Source of the DNA: a virus
Lineage: Duplodnaviria > Caudoviricetes
Direction: 5' to 3' (one strand)
Length of the DNA: 33,207 nucleotides
IMG/VR virus record: IMGVR_UViG_3300042923_001647
Location: 1-33,207 of that record
Shown: positions 8,811 through 17,410 of the stretch, piece after piece
Layout: every line of letters begins with the position of its first letter
Numbering within the stretch: the stretch's first letter is position 1
Position numbers and translations under genes: made by a program
The notes under the pieces: model-generated
Told to the model about the DNA's origin: nothing
The model's database searches: none
Seen by the model: only the letters and a program-made list of their open reading frames with translations

Positions 8811-8999
8811 CTCCTTTTCCCCCTTTTGTAGAAAATATGTGGCTTTCAATGTTTATTTGTAGAGTAGGCACTCTACCTTTCTACATAGATAAAATGTATA
8901 TTATAAGTATGTAATCCTACCTTTGTTCCTCACCCTCCCTCACTGGTTATGTTTAACTTATTAGGAGGTTGTTTGTATCAATCTCCTTTTCCCTCATGC

Positions 9000-9188
9000 C
9001 TAATTTATAGTTCTGTCTTCATCCAAGCATTCGATTCTTTTTATGAGATCATCTAACTGCTTAGCACTTAGATTCTTGCAAAATATATTCACCACAGCTT
9101 TAGAGAAGTTAACATTGTTCTCTAACAGCTCTGGATTAACTATAGTGCATGTAAAATCTTCCGCTGTAACCATCCTCCTTTTAGTCAT
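9000..9188 (-). CDS. Hypothetical small phage protein
   Basis: 62 aa with an upstream GGTGGGG RBS. Confidence 0.6.
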   Translation of the reverse strand: MTKRRMVTAEDFTCTIVNPELLENNVNFSKAVVNIFCKNLSAKQLDDLIKRIECLDEDRTIN

Positions 9189-9334
9189 ATAACCCCACCT
9201 ACTCGTAAAATATTGCTGTAATCATATTATGAAAATGATATGATTACTGTTCCTATCATTTAAAGATTTGTCCTAAAGAAACTATATCGGTTAGATAATC
9301 TCCACGCCCTTATTTCTTTAAAGCAATGCTATAA

Positions 9335-9556
9335 TTAAAAAAATTTTTCTATTAAATATTTCTTCTTTTTACAGTAATCTATAAAATTAGATATAAATTT
9401 TTCTCCTGGGTTGCTTCGACCCGTTACGATCCTATATATAGTAACATAATTAACATTGACTGCTTTAGCAAACTCCTTATACTTACCATTAAAATCCTTA
9501 TCTATTAGTCCAGTAAGTTGATTAATATTTAAATTTATAATAATTTCTCCTTTCAA
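9335..9556 (-). CDS. Cro-like HTH protein
   Basis: YKEFAKAVNVNYVTIYRIVTGRSNPGEKFI; divergent from the repressor. Exact start uncertain. Confidence 0.8.
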   Translation of the reverse strand: MKGEIIINLNINQLTGLIDKDFNGKYKEFAKAVNVNYVTIYRIVTGRSNPGEKFISNFIDYCKKKKYLIEKFF

Positions 9557-9559
9557 ATC

Positions 9560-9615
9560 ATTTCTTTAATGCATTTCTTTAATGCAATTATATAACTTTT
9601 ATTTCTTTTAAGCAA
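9560..9615 (-). promoter_or_regulatory. Leftward (lytic-direction) sigma-A promoter overlapped by direct-repeat operators
   Basis: TTGCTT (9615-9610)-17-TATAAT (9592-9587). ATTTCTTTWAWGCA repeats at 9560, 9573 and 9601, and also at 9312. Confidence 0.7.
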
Positions 9616-9692
9616 CACTTTTTTTGTAATAATTAGTATTTTTATTGCGTTGGTGTAATATACAAAATAAAATATACATAAGGGGTGATTTA

Positions 9693-10505
9693 ATGGAAAC
9701 TTCAGAATTAATTGACCTTCTTAAAAAAGCTCAAGGAAGTAGAACTCTAAATTCATATGCACAGCAAGCTAATGTTAGTGCTGGCAATTTATCTAGAATT
9801 ATGAATGGTCAGAAACCTACTCCTGAAATTTTAAAGAAGCTTGCTGAAAAATCTCATAATGGAGTTACTTATACAGAATTAATGAATGCCGCGGGATATA
9901 TAGAGGGTACAAGCTTTTCAACTCCAACTTTAACTGCGCACTTAGGCACACAAATCCAAAATAATGTAACTCAAATAACGAAAGTGCCTATTTTAGGTTG
10001 TATAAGAGCTGGACTCCCTATACTAGCCTCTGAGAACTGGGAGGGTGAAATAGATCTAGCTGAAGATATTAGAGCTGACTTTGCACTAAGAGTAGAAGGA
10101 GATTCAATGTCTTGGGTTGGAATTTGTGAGGGTGATCTAGGACTTTTTAGACAAGAAAATACTGCTCAACAAGGTGATATCATTGCCGCTGGTGTAGAAG
10201 ACAATGAATGGTGTGCTACTTTAAAATATTACATAGTGGAAAATGGTGAAGCATTATTAAGAGCTGCTAATCCAAACTACAAGGATATGATTATAACTGA
10301 GAAACATAGAATTATTGGCACATTGGTTGGAGTATATAAACAATCCCCTTCAATAATGGAATACAAAAAATTTCTTATAGATAAAGAAATGAATACTAAG
10401 GGTTGGGGTGAAGCAATAGAAAAAGCTACGCAGTACGGTCTTGAAAGTAAACAACTTATTCAACTTATAGAATTATTTTCACATATGATTAGGCATGTAA
10501 AATAA
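9693..10505 (+). CDS. CI/LexA-like self-cleaving repressor (XRE HTH plus peptidase S24)
   Basis: HTH SYAQQANVSAGNLSRIMNG; cleavage site IRAG; catalytic GDSM and TLK. ATG 9693 follows RBS AAGGGGTGA. Confidence 0.93.
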   Translation: METSELIDLLKKAQGSRTLNSYAQQANVSAGNLSRIMNGQKPTPEILKKLAEKSHNGVTYTELMNAAGYIEGTSFSTPTLTAHLGTQIQNNVTQITKVPILGCIRAGLPILASENWEGEIDLAEDIRADFALRVEGDSMSWVGICEGDLGLFRQENTAQQGDIIAAGVEDNEWCATLKYYIVENGEALLRAANPNYKDMIITEKHRIIGTLVGVYKQSPSIMEYKKFLIDKEMNTKGWGEAIEKATQYGLESKQLIQLIELFSHMIRHVK

Positions 10506-10510
10506 ATAGA

Positions 10511-10544
10511 TCTCAAATTGTTTAAACAGTTTGAGAATTTTTTT
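10511..10544 (+). terminator. Intrinsic terminator after the repressor
   Basis: TCTCAAATTG..CAGTTTGAGA stem followed by a T tract. Confidence 0.65.
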
Positions 10545-10644
10545 AAATCTTGTAGTAAAAAATTTGTAATTCTGTAGTATGTATGTCAAGTTTTTTGTCC
10601 TTTTTAAATATCTTTAAATTTAAATATCTAAAGGGGTGATATTT

Positions 10645-12048
10645 TTGGAATGTAATCTTAATAATCCAATTCATATGTTAAGATATGGAACAAACGCTGA
10701 ACAGAAATACATAGAAAATTTATACAAGCATTTTGATATGCTTGCGTTAAATGCAAACATGGTTGCATATACACCTGGAGCAATAGCACAATTTTTAATG
10801 CAACATTGTCTTGAAAAATGTGGGTGCTTCTTTATTGATCCAATAACTCATGCTTTCCAGCATGATATAGATAAAATTAAATCTTTTAGTAAGAAAAAAA
10901 ATGAATATGTTGTAAAGAAATCTATTGTGAATCTTGTTGAGGCATACGGTAACCCAATTGATGAAAAAATTAATAATAATAAAGTTATTATTCCTAATGA
11001 TTTTTATAATGACGACGTAAAGGAAGCGTTTTGTACTAGGGTTATAGATTTCCAAATTAATACCATAAGTTCTCAGCTTAAGGAAAAAGGGTTTTTAGAA
11101 TATTTATCAGATAATGAAGAAATGATGCAACTGTTAGAACCAGCATTTGTTATTCCTCCCTATTTCTATGTAACAGAAGCAACTCTTGATTCATGGCTAC
11201 CTATAAATATAGATTTCATTAAAATATCAAGCAGAGTTTTTAATGATCGAAAAATATTTGCTCAACTAGTTGTTTCAAAGGAAATTCTAACATCTAAATA
11301 TATGCGTGATATAGTATGTAAAGAATATATTAATTCTAATATCAAAAATCTTCTTATATGGATTGATGATTTTAATGAGCATACTGCATCGTATGACGCA
11401 CTCACGGGCTATTTGGAGTTAATTCACAAGTTAAGCAAAGCTAGTATAAAAGTTTATAATCTATATGGTGGTTTTTTTTCAATTATGCTTACTGGATTTC
11501 AAGATTATCTAGGATTTACTCTTTCTGGCGTTGGGCATGGATTAGAATATGGTGAATATAGAGCTGTAGTACCCGTTGGTGGTGGGATTCCTACATCAAA
11601 ATATTATTATTTCCCTTTACACCAAAGATTAAATTATAAAACTGCATCTGAACTACTCGAGGAATTAGGTTATTTTCGTATATCACCTAAAGAAGGTGCA
11701 GAAAAATATTACAAAGAAATATGTTCCTGTCCTAAATGTAAAGAGATAATTAAAAATGATATCAATAATTTTTCCAAATTTGAAAATACTGAATATTATG
11801 AAGTAAATATAAAAGGTGTAAAGCAAAGAAGACCATATGCAGGACAAGAAACAAAAGAAAGCTGCATTTTCCATTATGTATATAATAAGAAAAAAGAATT
11901 TTTATACTCGTCAAAAAGAAACTCTAATATATTAGATGATTTACATGTAATCTATCATGAATATGATTCTCTAGGAGTTTTAACTCCAGAATATTTATAC
12001 CCGCTTAAAATTTGGGAAAAAGTATTGATTAATTATAAAAATAGATAG
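10645..12048 (+). CDS. Predicted TIM-barrel protein with CxCxxC..H Zn motif (TGT-like / Beta-protein-like), function unknown
   Basis: About eight spaced hydrophobic strands (HMLRYG, DMLALNA, FFIDP, VIPPYF, FAQLVV, LLIWID, VYNLYG, GVGHG), GGG.P..YY.P loop, CSCPKC and a later His. TTG start at 10645 fits the RBS. Confidence 0.6.
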   Translation: MECNLNNPIHMLRYGTNAEQKYIENLYKHFDMLALNANMVAYTPGAIAQFLMQHCLEKCGCFFIDPITHAFQHDIDKIKSFSKKKNEYVVKKSIVNLVEAYGNPIDEKINNNKVIIPNDFYNDDVKEAFCTRVIDFQINTISSQLKEKGFLEYLSDNEEMMQLLEPAFVIPPYFYVTEATLDSWLPINIDFIKISSRVFNDRKIFAQLVVSKEILTSKYMRDIVCKEYINSNIKNLLIWIDDFNEHTASYDALTGYLELIHKLSKASIKVYNLYGGFFSIMLTGFQDYLGFTLSGVGHGLEYGEYRAVVPVGGGIPTSKYYYFPLHQRLNYKTASELLEELGYFRISPKEGAEKYYKEICSCPKCKEIIKNDINNFSKFENTEYYEVNIKGVKQRRPYAGQETKESCIFHYVYNKKKEFLYSSKRNSNILDDLHVIYHEYDSLGVLTPEYLYPLKIWEKVLINYKNR

Positions 12049-12059
12049 GTGATATGAAG

Positions 12060-13352
12060 ATGAGTAAAAAAGTCTACATATTTGGAGCAGGTGCGTCAGC
12101 TGCAGTTGGCCTACCAATACAAAATAATATTTTAAAAGAAATTTTTTCAGTTTCTAGGGTTTCTAATAAAATTGACTTTTTCAATACACAGAATACTCTA
12201 GAAACTATGCTTATTTCTCAGTATCCAAATTTCGAAGAAAGCCGAAGAATACTTGCAGATTTCATAATAAATATTTTTGGCAGCCATTCTTTAGTTGATT
12301 ATTATTATAAAGAATTTCCTCATTCTAATAATCCTAAGGACAAATTTTCCATTAAATTTAGCCCTGAAATTTGGAACAAAATATATACAAAAGTAAAGAC
12401 AATAACAGTATCCTTAGAGGATATATTTACTATTTTAGATAAAGCATCATTTTTAAAGGAATACTTTAATATCTATGATAATTCTGAATTAATTGATATC
12501 CAACAGAAATTAAACAACTGTATAATTTATATGATTTCAAGTTCGATTCATAGATCGAACGATTTTGTTCTATATGAAAAAATAGCTAAGTTTTTTATTA
12601 AAGAAAGACAAAGTGTAATCCAGGAGCAGGATCCTCTATCAATAATAACATTGAACTGGGATACATTGCTTGATAATCATATATATGATGCTTGCCTTAA
12701 AAGTACTTTAGATAAAAATAATGAACCAACAACTTTTCCTGATTATTGTTGCTATAACTATGATTTAAATGAAGAATTACCATCTACGCATTTAAAGCCA
12801 ACTGGAAAGTTTAATATCAAACTAATGAAATTACATGGTTCGATAAATTGGTTATTATGTACAAATTGCGGAAGGCTTATAACAGATTATAGGTATAATA
12901 TCTCTTTACAAGGAATGGACAAGAATCACTCTTTAGTTAAATGTAAACACTGTGACAATAACAGAAAAAACTATGGTTTAAAACATGTTCTCATAACTCC
13001 AACTTTTTTAAAAGATTTAAATAATCTTCACCTAAAAAATATCTGGCATAATGCTTATCTAGATTTGTCTGAAGCATCAGAAGTAATTTTTATAGGATAC
13101 TCTTTGCCTGATGCAGATTTTGAACTCAGATATATTTTAAAAAAAGCTCTAAGGCCTGATGTAAAAATTAAAGTCATTTTACACTCATCTGATAATCCAA
13201 AAGTACTTAATGCTAATCTAAATGGATTAGATGATAAAAGCAAAAAGGTAATCTCAAATAAGTTGAACTATCCTGAATATCGTTATAAAATTTTTTTCAA
13301 AAACCATAAAATTAGTTTTTCATATAAAGGTATCGAAAATTACTTTAAATAA
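12060..13352 (+). CDS. SIR2-like (SIR2_2) protein with Zn finger; putative NADase effector
   Basis: FGAGASA, ITLNWDTLLD, KLHGSINW, CTNC..CKHC, FIGYSLPDAD. Confidence 0.9.
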   Translation: MSKKVYIFGAGASAAVGLPIQNNILKEIFSVSRVSNKIDFFNTQNTLETMLISQYPNFEESRRILADFIINIFGSHSLVDYYYKEFPHSNNPKDKFSIKFSPEIWNKIYTKVKTITVSLEDIFTILDKASFLKEYFNIYDNSELIDIQQKLNNCIIYMISSSIHRSNDFVLYEKIAKFFIKERQSVIQEQDPLSIITLNWDTLLDNHIYDACLKSTLDKNNEPTTFPDYCCYNYDLNEELPSTHLKPTGKFNIKLMKLHGSINWLLCTNCGRLITDYRYNISLQGMDKNHSLVKCKHCDNNRKNYGLKHVLITPTFLKDLNNLHLKNIWHNAYLDLSEASEVIFIGYSLPDADFELRYILKKALRPDVKIKVILHSSDNPKVLNANLNGLDDKSKKVISNKLNYPEYRYKIFFKNHKISFSYKGIENYFK

Positions 13353-13355
13353 AAT

Positions 13356-13380
13356 AAAAGGAGCTTCTTAGCTCCCTTTT
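13356..13380. terminator. Bidirectional terminator between the convergent gene pairs
   Basis: AAAA-GGAGCT-tctt-AGCTCC-CTTTT. Confidence 0.75.
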
Positions 13381-13810
13381 ATACATAGAAGACATTATTT
13401 CCTGAAATACGATTTATTAATTTCTTTAAACTTACTACTCTTGGTTCCCACCTATATTCCTCTATAAATGGAGTAACTACTTCTTCTAACGGATGTTCAT
13501 CATCTTTGTTATAAAAGTATATACCTATATTGTTTTTTTTACATTCTTCCATTAATTGATTTGAAACTTTTTTTGGCCTTGGCAAGCAAATATACGCTTT
13601 GTCTGAACCTAGTTTATGATCTTTTGCTTGTTGTATTGCCTTTCTCCAATCTCTTAATTTAAATTCAATACTAATAATTTTATACTCGTCATCAACTAAA
13701 ACCATGTCTATGCATCTAGATAGATATGGAACTTCCAAAACAATTTCCTTATACTGATGATCTGTCTTAAGCTTATTAAAGCAATCATAGACCATTTCTG
13801 CCTCAGTCAC
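13379..13810 (-). CDS. Small PD-(D/E)xK nuclease-fold protein (MmcB/sce7726-like)
   Basis: E..LEVP...RCIDMVLV...IEFKLRDWRKAIQQA...AYICLP...IGI; GTG 13810 follows RBS GAGGTGA, which overlaps the upstream stop. Confidence 0.75.
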   Translation of the reverse strand: MTEAEMVYDCFNKLKTDHQYKEIVLEVPYLSRCIDMVLVDDEYKIISIEFKLRDWRKAIQQAKDHKLGSDKAYICLPRPKKVSNQLMEECKKNNIGIYFYNKDDEHPLEEVVTPFIEEYRWEPRVVSLKKLINRISGNNVFYV

Positions 13811-13820
13811 AATAATCACC

Positions 13821-14408
13821 TCAAGCTTTTATGTATCTGTCTCTAATTTTTGATTTTTCAGCACCTTCAGGGTACTTATTATAAACATAACTTAGGATTG
13901 CGTCTAAAGATAATATATTTATTTTATTTTTGAATTGTTGCAATAATTCAATCTGTTCTTTAGTAAACAGTGGAATTAAACTTTTCTCAACGAAATCAAT
14001 CCCTTTTTCAGTAAGTGAGTACATCGATTCCTTAGGTATATCTAGATTTAGTATATCTATCTCTTCACCATATCCTATATCATCTTCAATATCATATACA
14101 AACTCGTGAACAGCTGCTTCAGACATAGCCTCTCCAACAGAATCTTCTGATATAAACTTTATCATTCTAAAGAATCTTATATCATCTAATAAGTCCTTTG
14201 AAAATGGGCCATAATCATACGCAAAAAATTCAGGTAAACTTTCTTCGCGTATATTGTCAAAGTTCTTAAAAAGTTCTTTTTCAAATAAGAACATCATTTT
14301 AGTAATTCTGGTTCTGCCAATAATCGGCTCATTTTTTTCCTTTAATGCTCCTGGCAAGTAAAGCAGTATAAGAAGGATATCTTTGCCTTTTAACATTTTC
14401 TTTTCCAC
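13821..14408 (-). CDS. YwgA/Panacea(SocA, DUF4065)-like winged-helix protein
   Basis: GRTRITKMMFL..FFAYDYGPFSKDLLDDI..YSLTEKG..YVYNKYPE; RBS AAGGAGG. Confidence 0.7.
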   Translation of the reverse strand: MEKKMLKGKDILLILLYLPGALKEKNEPIIGRTRITKMMFLFEKELFKNFDNIREESLPEFFAYDYGPFSKDLLDDIRFFRMIKFISEDSVGEAMSEAAVHEFVYDIEDDIGYGEEIDILNLDIPKESMYSLTEKGIDFVEKSLIPLFTKEQIELLQQFKNKINILSLDAILSYVYNKYPEGAEKSKIRDRYIKA

Positions 14409-14615
14409 TTTAATTCCTCCTTAAAAACATAAATTAATATACCTTAATCTAAAAGTATTATAACATTAGTTAATAATAATTCATACATTCTAACATAACT
14501 TTTATATATTTTTTATACGCAAATTATATAAACGTTATATAATTATTATATTAAACATTTAATTTAATTTGATTTGATTTTACTATATTAATAAATTAAG
14601 AACAGGAGTGAACTT

Positions 14616-16205
14616 ATGAAATCAGCCATTTATAGCCGTAAATCTATCTTTACAGGCAAAGGAGAATCTATAGAAAACCAGGTACAACTCTGTAAGGAGT
14701 ATGCTTTAAAAATAGGAATTTCAGACTTTTTTATTTACGAAGATGAAGGCTTCAGCGGTAAGAGTACGGAAAGACCTGAGTATCAAAAAATGCTAAAGGA
14801 TGCTAAGGCTAAGAAGTTTGACTGTATCATATGCTATAGGCTAGATCGTATTAGCCGTAACATAGCTGACTTCTCTACCCTTATACAAGAGCTTCAAAAG
14901 CTGGATATAGGCTTTATATCAATTAGAGAGCAGTTTGATACAAGTACACCCCTAGGACGTGCCATGATGTATATAGCCTCTGTATTCGCTCAATTAGAGC
15001 GTGAGACCATTGCAGAGCGTGTTAGAGATAATATGATGCAGCTGGCAAAGAGCGGTCGTTGGCTAGGAGGTAAACCCCCTTACGGATTCATAATAGAGCC
15101 TATAGTTTATAAAGATAGTGACATGAAAGAAAGAAAGATGTTTAAACTATCTCCTAACGCCGAAGAGATTAAAATTGTAAAACTTATTTATGATAAATAT
15201 ATTGAGTTTAATTCTATATTTAAGGTTGCTAAATACTTAGAAATGCAAAATATAAAGCTAAAAAACTATAAACAAGTTAATCCAGCTTTTATTGGCGATA
15301 TTTTAAGAAATCCAGTATATGCCACTGCTTCTGAGGAAACAATGAAGTATTTTTCGAAGTTTGGAGTAGTTATAGAAGGAAATATTAATAATAGCCATGG
15401 CTTAATGGCATACAATAGAACTGATGGAAAAAAGAATAAAAAGGATATTTCAGAATGGATTATTTCCGTTGGAAAGCATACTGGTGTTATACCAGGGGGG
15501 CAATGGGTTGCTGCTCAAGATATGAAAGAGAAGAATAGCCAGACTCCTCCTAATTTAGGAAACTGTAATATTGTAGCTTTAACTGGACTACTACGCTGCT
15601 CAAAATGCGGCTCACCTATGAATGTCCTTTACGGTAATAAGAGAACTGATGGAAGCAGGCATTACTATTATAAATGCTCTAATCGTATATTAAATGTTAA
15701 TAATTGTGATAATCCTAATATAAGAGCTGAAGTAATTGAAGATATAGTTATTAATAAGCTTAAAAAACTGTCTGCCAGCAGAAAAACAATATTAAAAGAA
15801 CTTAATAAGAATAAAAGACTAACTGATAATACCGAATTAGTAATAGAAATTGATAATATTAATAAAACCATAATTAAGAATGAAACTGCAATAAATAATC
15901 TTGTTGAGCAGATGACACTATTAAGTCTTGATGCATCTAAATTTCATGCAAAAAAGATTGAAGAACTAACTAAAAAAAATAGAGACTTGAAAAAGCAGCT
16001 CCTGGATCTGGAAGAAAAAAAACAAATTCATGACATTACTGAAACAAACTCAGAGATTTTAATTCAATCCCTGCTTAATTTTAGCTTAGCTATAGATAAT
16101 TGTGAAACTCCTGAAGAAAGAAAAGATTTGTTTACTAAAGTTATTGAGCTGGTTACTTATGACGGAATAAAGAAAGATGTAAAGGTAAAGCTATTAAAGG
16201 TATAG
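14616..16205 (+). CDS. Large serine recombinase (integrase)
   Basis: AIYSRKS catalytic Ser, DEGFSGK..RP, YRLDRISR, FAQLERETIAERV, recombinase domain, Zn ribbon CSKC..C..C, coiled coil. Confidence 0.97.
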   Translation: MKSAIYSRKSIFTGKGESIENQVQLCKEYALKIGISDFFIYEDEGFSGKSTERPEYQKMLKDAKAKKFDCIICYRLDRISRNIADFSTLIQELQKLDIGFISIREQFDTSTPLGRAMMYIASVFAQLERETIAERVRDNMMQLAKSGRWLGGKPPYGFIIEPIVYKDSDMKERKMFKLSPNAEEIKIVKLIYDKYIEFNSIFKVAKYLEMQNIKLKNYKQVNPAFIGDILRNPVYATASEETMKYFSKFGVVIEGNINNSHGLMAYNRTDGKKNKKDISEWIISVGKHTGVIPGGQWVAAQDMKEKNSQTPPNLGNCNIVALTGLLRCSKCGSPMNVLYGNKRTDGSRHYYYKCSNRILNVNNCDNPNIRAEVIEDIVINKLKKLSASRKTILKELNKNKRLTDNTELVIEIDNINKTIIKNETAINNLVEQMTLLSLDASKFHAKKIEELTKKNRDLKKQLLDLEEKKQIHDITETNSEILIQSLLNFSLAIDNCETPEERKDLFTKVIELVTYDGIKKDVKVKLLKV

Positions 16206-16217
16206 CTTTACCTTTTT
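16181..16217 (+). terminator. Hairpin overlapping the recombinase stop codon
   Basis: AAAGGTAAAGCTA (16181-16193) / TAGCTTTACCTTT (16203-16215). Confidence 0.6.
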
Positions 16218-16218
16218 C

Positions 16219-16266
16219 GTTGTAGTTTTATATGCATAGGTAATGGAATGAATATAAAACAACAAC
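16219..16266. other. Putative attP site
   Basis: 19-bp imperfect IR GTTGTAGTTTTATATGCAT / ATGAATATAAAACAACAAC (2 mismatches) around a 10-bp core AGGTAATGGA, 14 bp after the recombinase stop. Confidence 0.75.
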
Positions 16267-16565
16267 AAATCACATTCATTCTGAAAATCTACCTATTATA
16301 TACTATTTTAAATACGGATTTCTATAATTATTTCTTCTAGATTGATTCTTTAATAATTTACATTTATATATAGCAGTCTATTTCTGATTGCAACTAAAGT
16401 ATTAATAGGTATATTTTTAAAATCATTTATATTAATATAATGTTGACATTGCTGATTTAAATATATGAATATATTTTTTAGTAGAAACTTCATTAATATA
16501 TTATAATATTGATATTATTTATTAATAAACAAGTATGAACTAATAGTAATAATACTGTTTCAACT

Positions 16566-16695
16566 TTGACAAAAGATCATTTCCTATGAGAACTTAATGA
16601 TTTAGTTGATTTCTCGTTCATCTACGAAGAATTATTCAATTTTTACATTGTTGACATGAGCCGCGGTGCTAAGGATATCATCATCTTTTTGTTGC
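16566..16695 (+). pseudogene. Remnant of an IS1182/IS5-type transposase N-terminus
   Basis: Translates LTKDHFL*ELNDLVDFSFIYEELFNFYIVDMSRGAKD, resembling the family's 'DH.LR.....VDFSFIY...Y....GR...DP' start. Confidence 0.55.
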
Positions 16696-16736
16696 TAGTT
16701 AATATTGTATTCACATAAAACTGAATCCTTTAAATA

Positions 16737-16784
16737 AAGAAAAGATAAGGAAGTATTCATAATAACTATGTATACTTCCTTATC
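16737..16784 (-). terminator. Terminator-like hairpin downstream of the RHS2/immunity operon
   Basis: GATAAGGAAGTAT (16744-16756) / ATACTTCCTTATC (16772-16784) with a minus-strand U-rich tail. Confidence 0.6.
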
Positions 16785-16913
16785 CTTAATTACCTTACTT
16801 GGTATATATTGTAAAAACAAAGCTTTTTTCATTGTCCCACATAGAATGCGATGTTTTTACAAATAGTCTATCAATAAATTAGATTTTAAATGGTGCTTTA
16901 ATAAATATAATAC

Positions 16914-17393
16914 CTAAATTCCCCATCTATATACCTCGTAGAAGTACTCATTTCTAATGACACATATACCGAAGTCTAAATTATCACCAACTAACATAAA
17001 ATCATTACACATACTGAAAAATCCAATTTTCTCAAGTATCTCAGAAATATTATTAAATACGTCTATGATATTAACTCTTACTGCTTCCACTTCATACTCA
17101 TTATCAATAAATAGAAATGCTTTACAATTAATCAGACCAATATCCTGTATTATCTCATTTAAAGCCACTGAAGATAAGGTAACATTCTCTTGGTAGTTAG
17201 CCCCTCCAATATTTTTTAAAGGCACTTCTGAATTAAATCTTTCTCTTACCTTTGTACAAAATGCTCTATTATCCTCTTGAGCTAAAAATGACTCATTTGT
17301 TATATTAATATATTTACTAAATTTAGTCACTAAATTACTTCTTCTACTCTTTCTCTTCAAAATTTCTATTTTTTTTTGTCTATCTATATTCAC
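16914..17393 (-). CDS. Putative cognate immunity protein for RHS2 (possibly YxiF-like)
   Basis: 159-aa soluble protein starting 17 nt after the toxin stop, RBS AGGAGAGGTGA. Confidence 0.75.
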   Translation of the reverse strand: MNIDRQKKIEILKRKSRRSNLVTKFSKYINITNESFLAQEDNRAFCTKVRERFNSEVPLKNIGGANYQENVTLSSVALNEIIQDIGLINCKAFLFIDNEYEVEAVRVNIIDVFNNISEILEKIGFFSMCNDFMLVGDNLDFGICVIRNEYFYEVYRWGI

Positions 17394-17410
17394 TTTTCAC
17401 CTCTCCTAAA

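Noticed and set aside
10645-13352. Assignment to Thoeris, DSR or SIR2-HerA
   Set aside because: No TIR, SLOG or macro domain, no Walker A motif in any partner, and the SIR2 protein is far shorter than DSR proteins.
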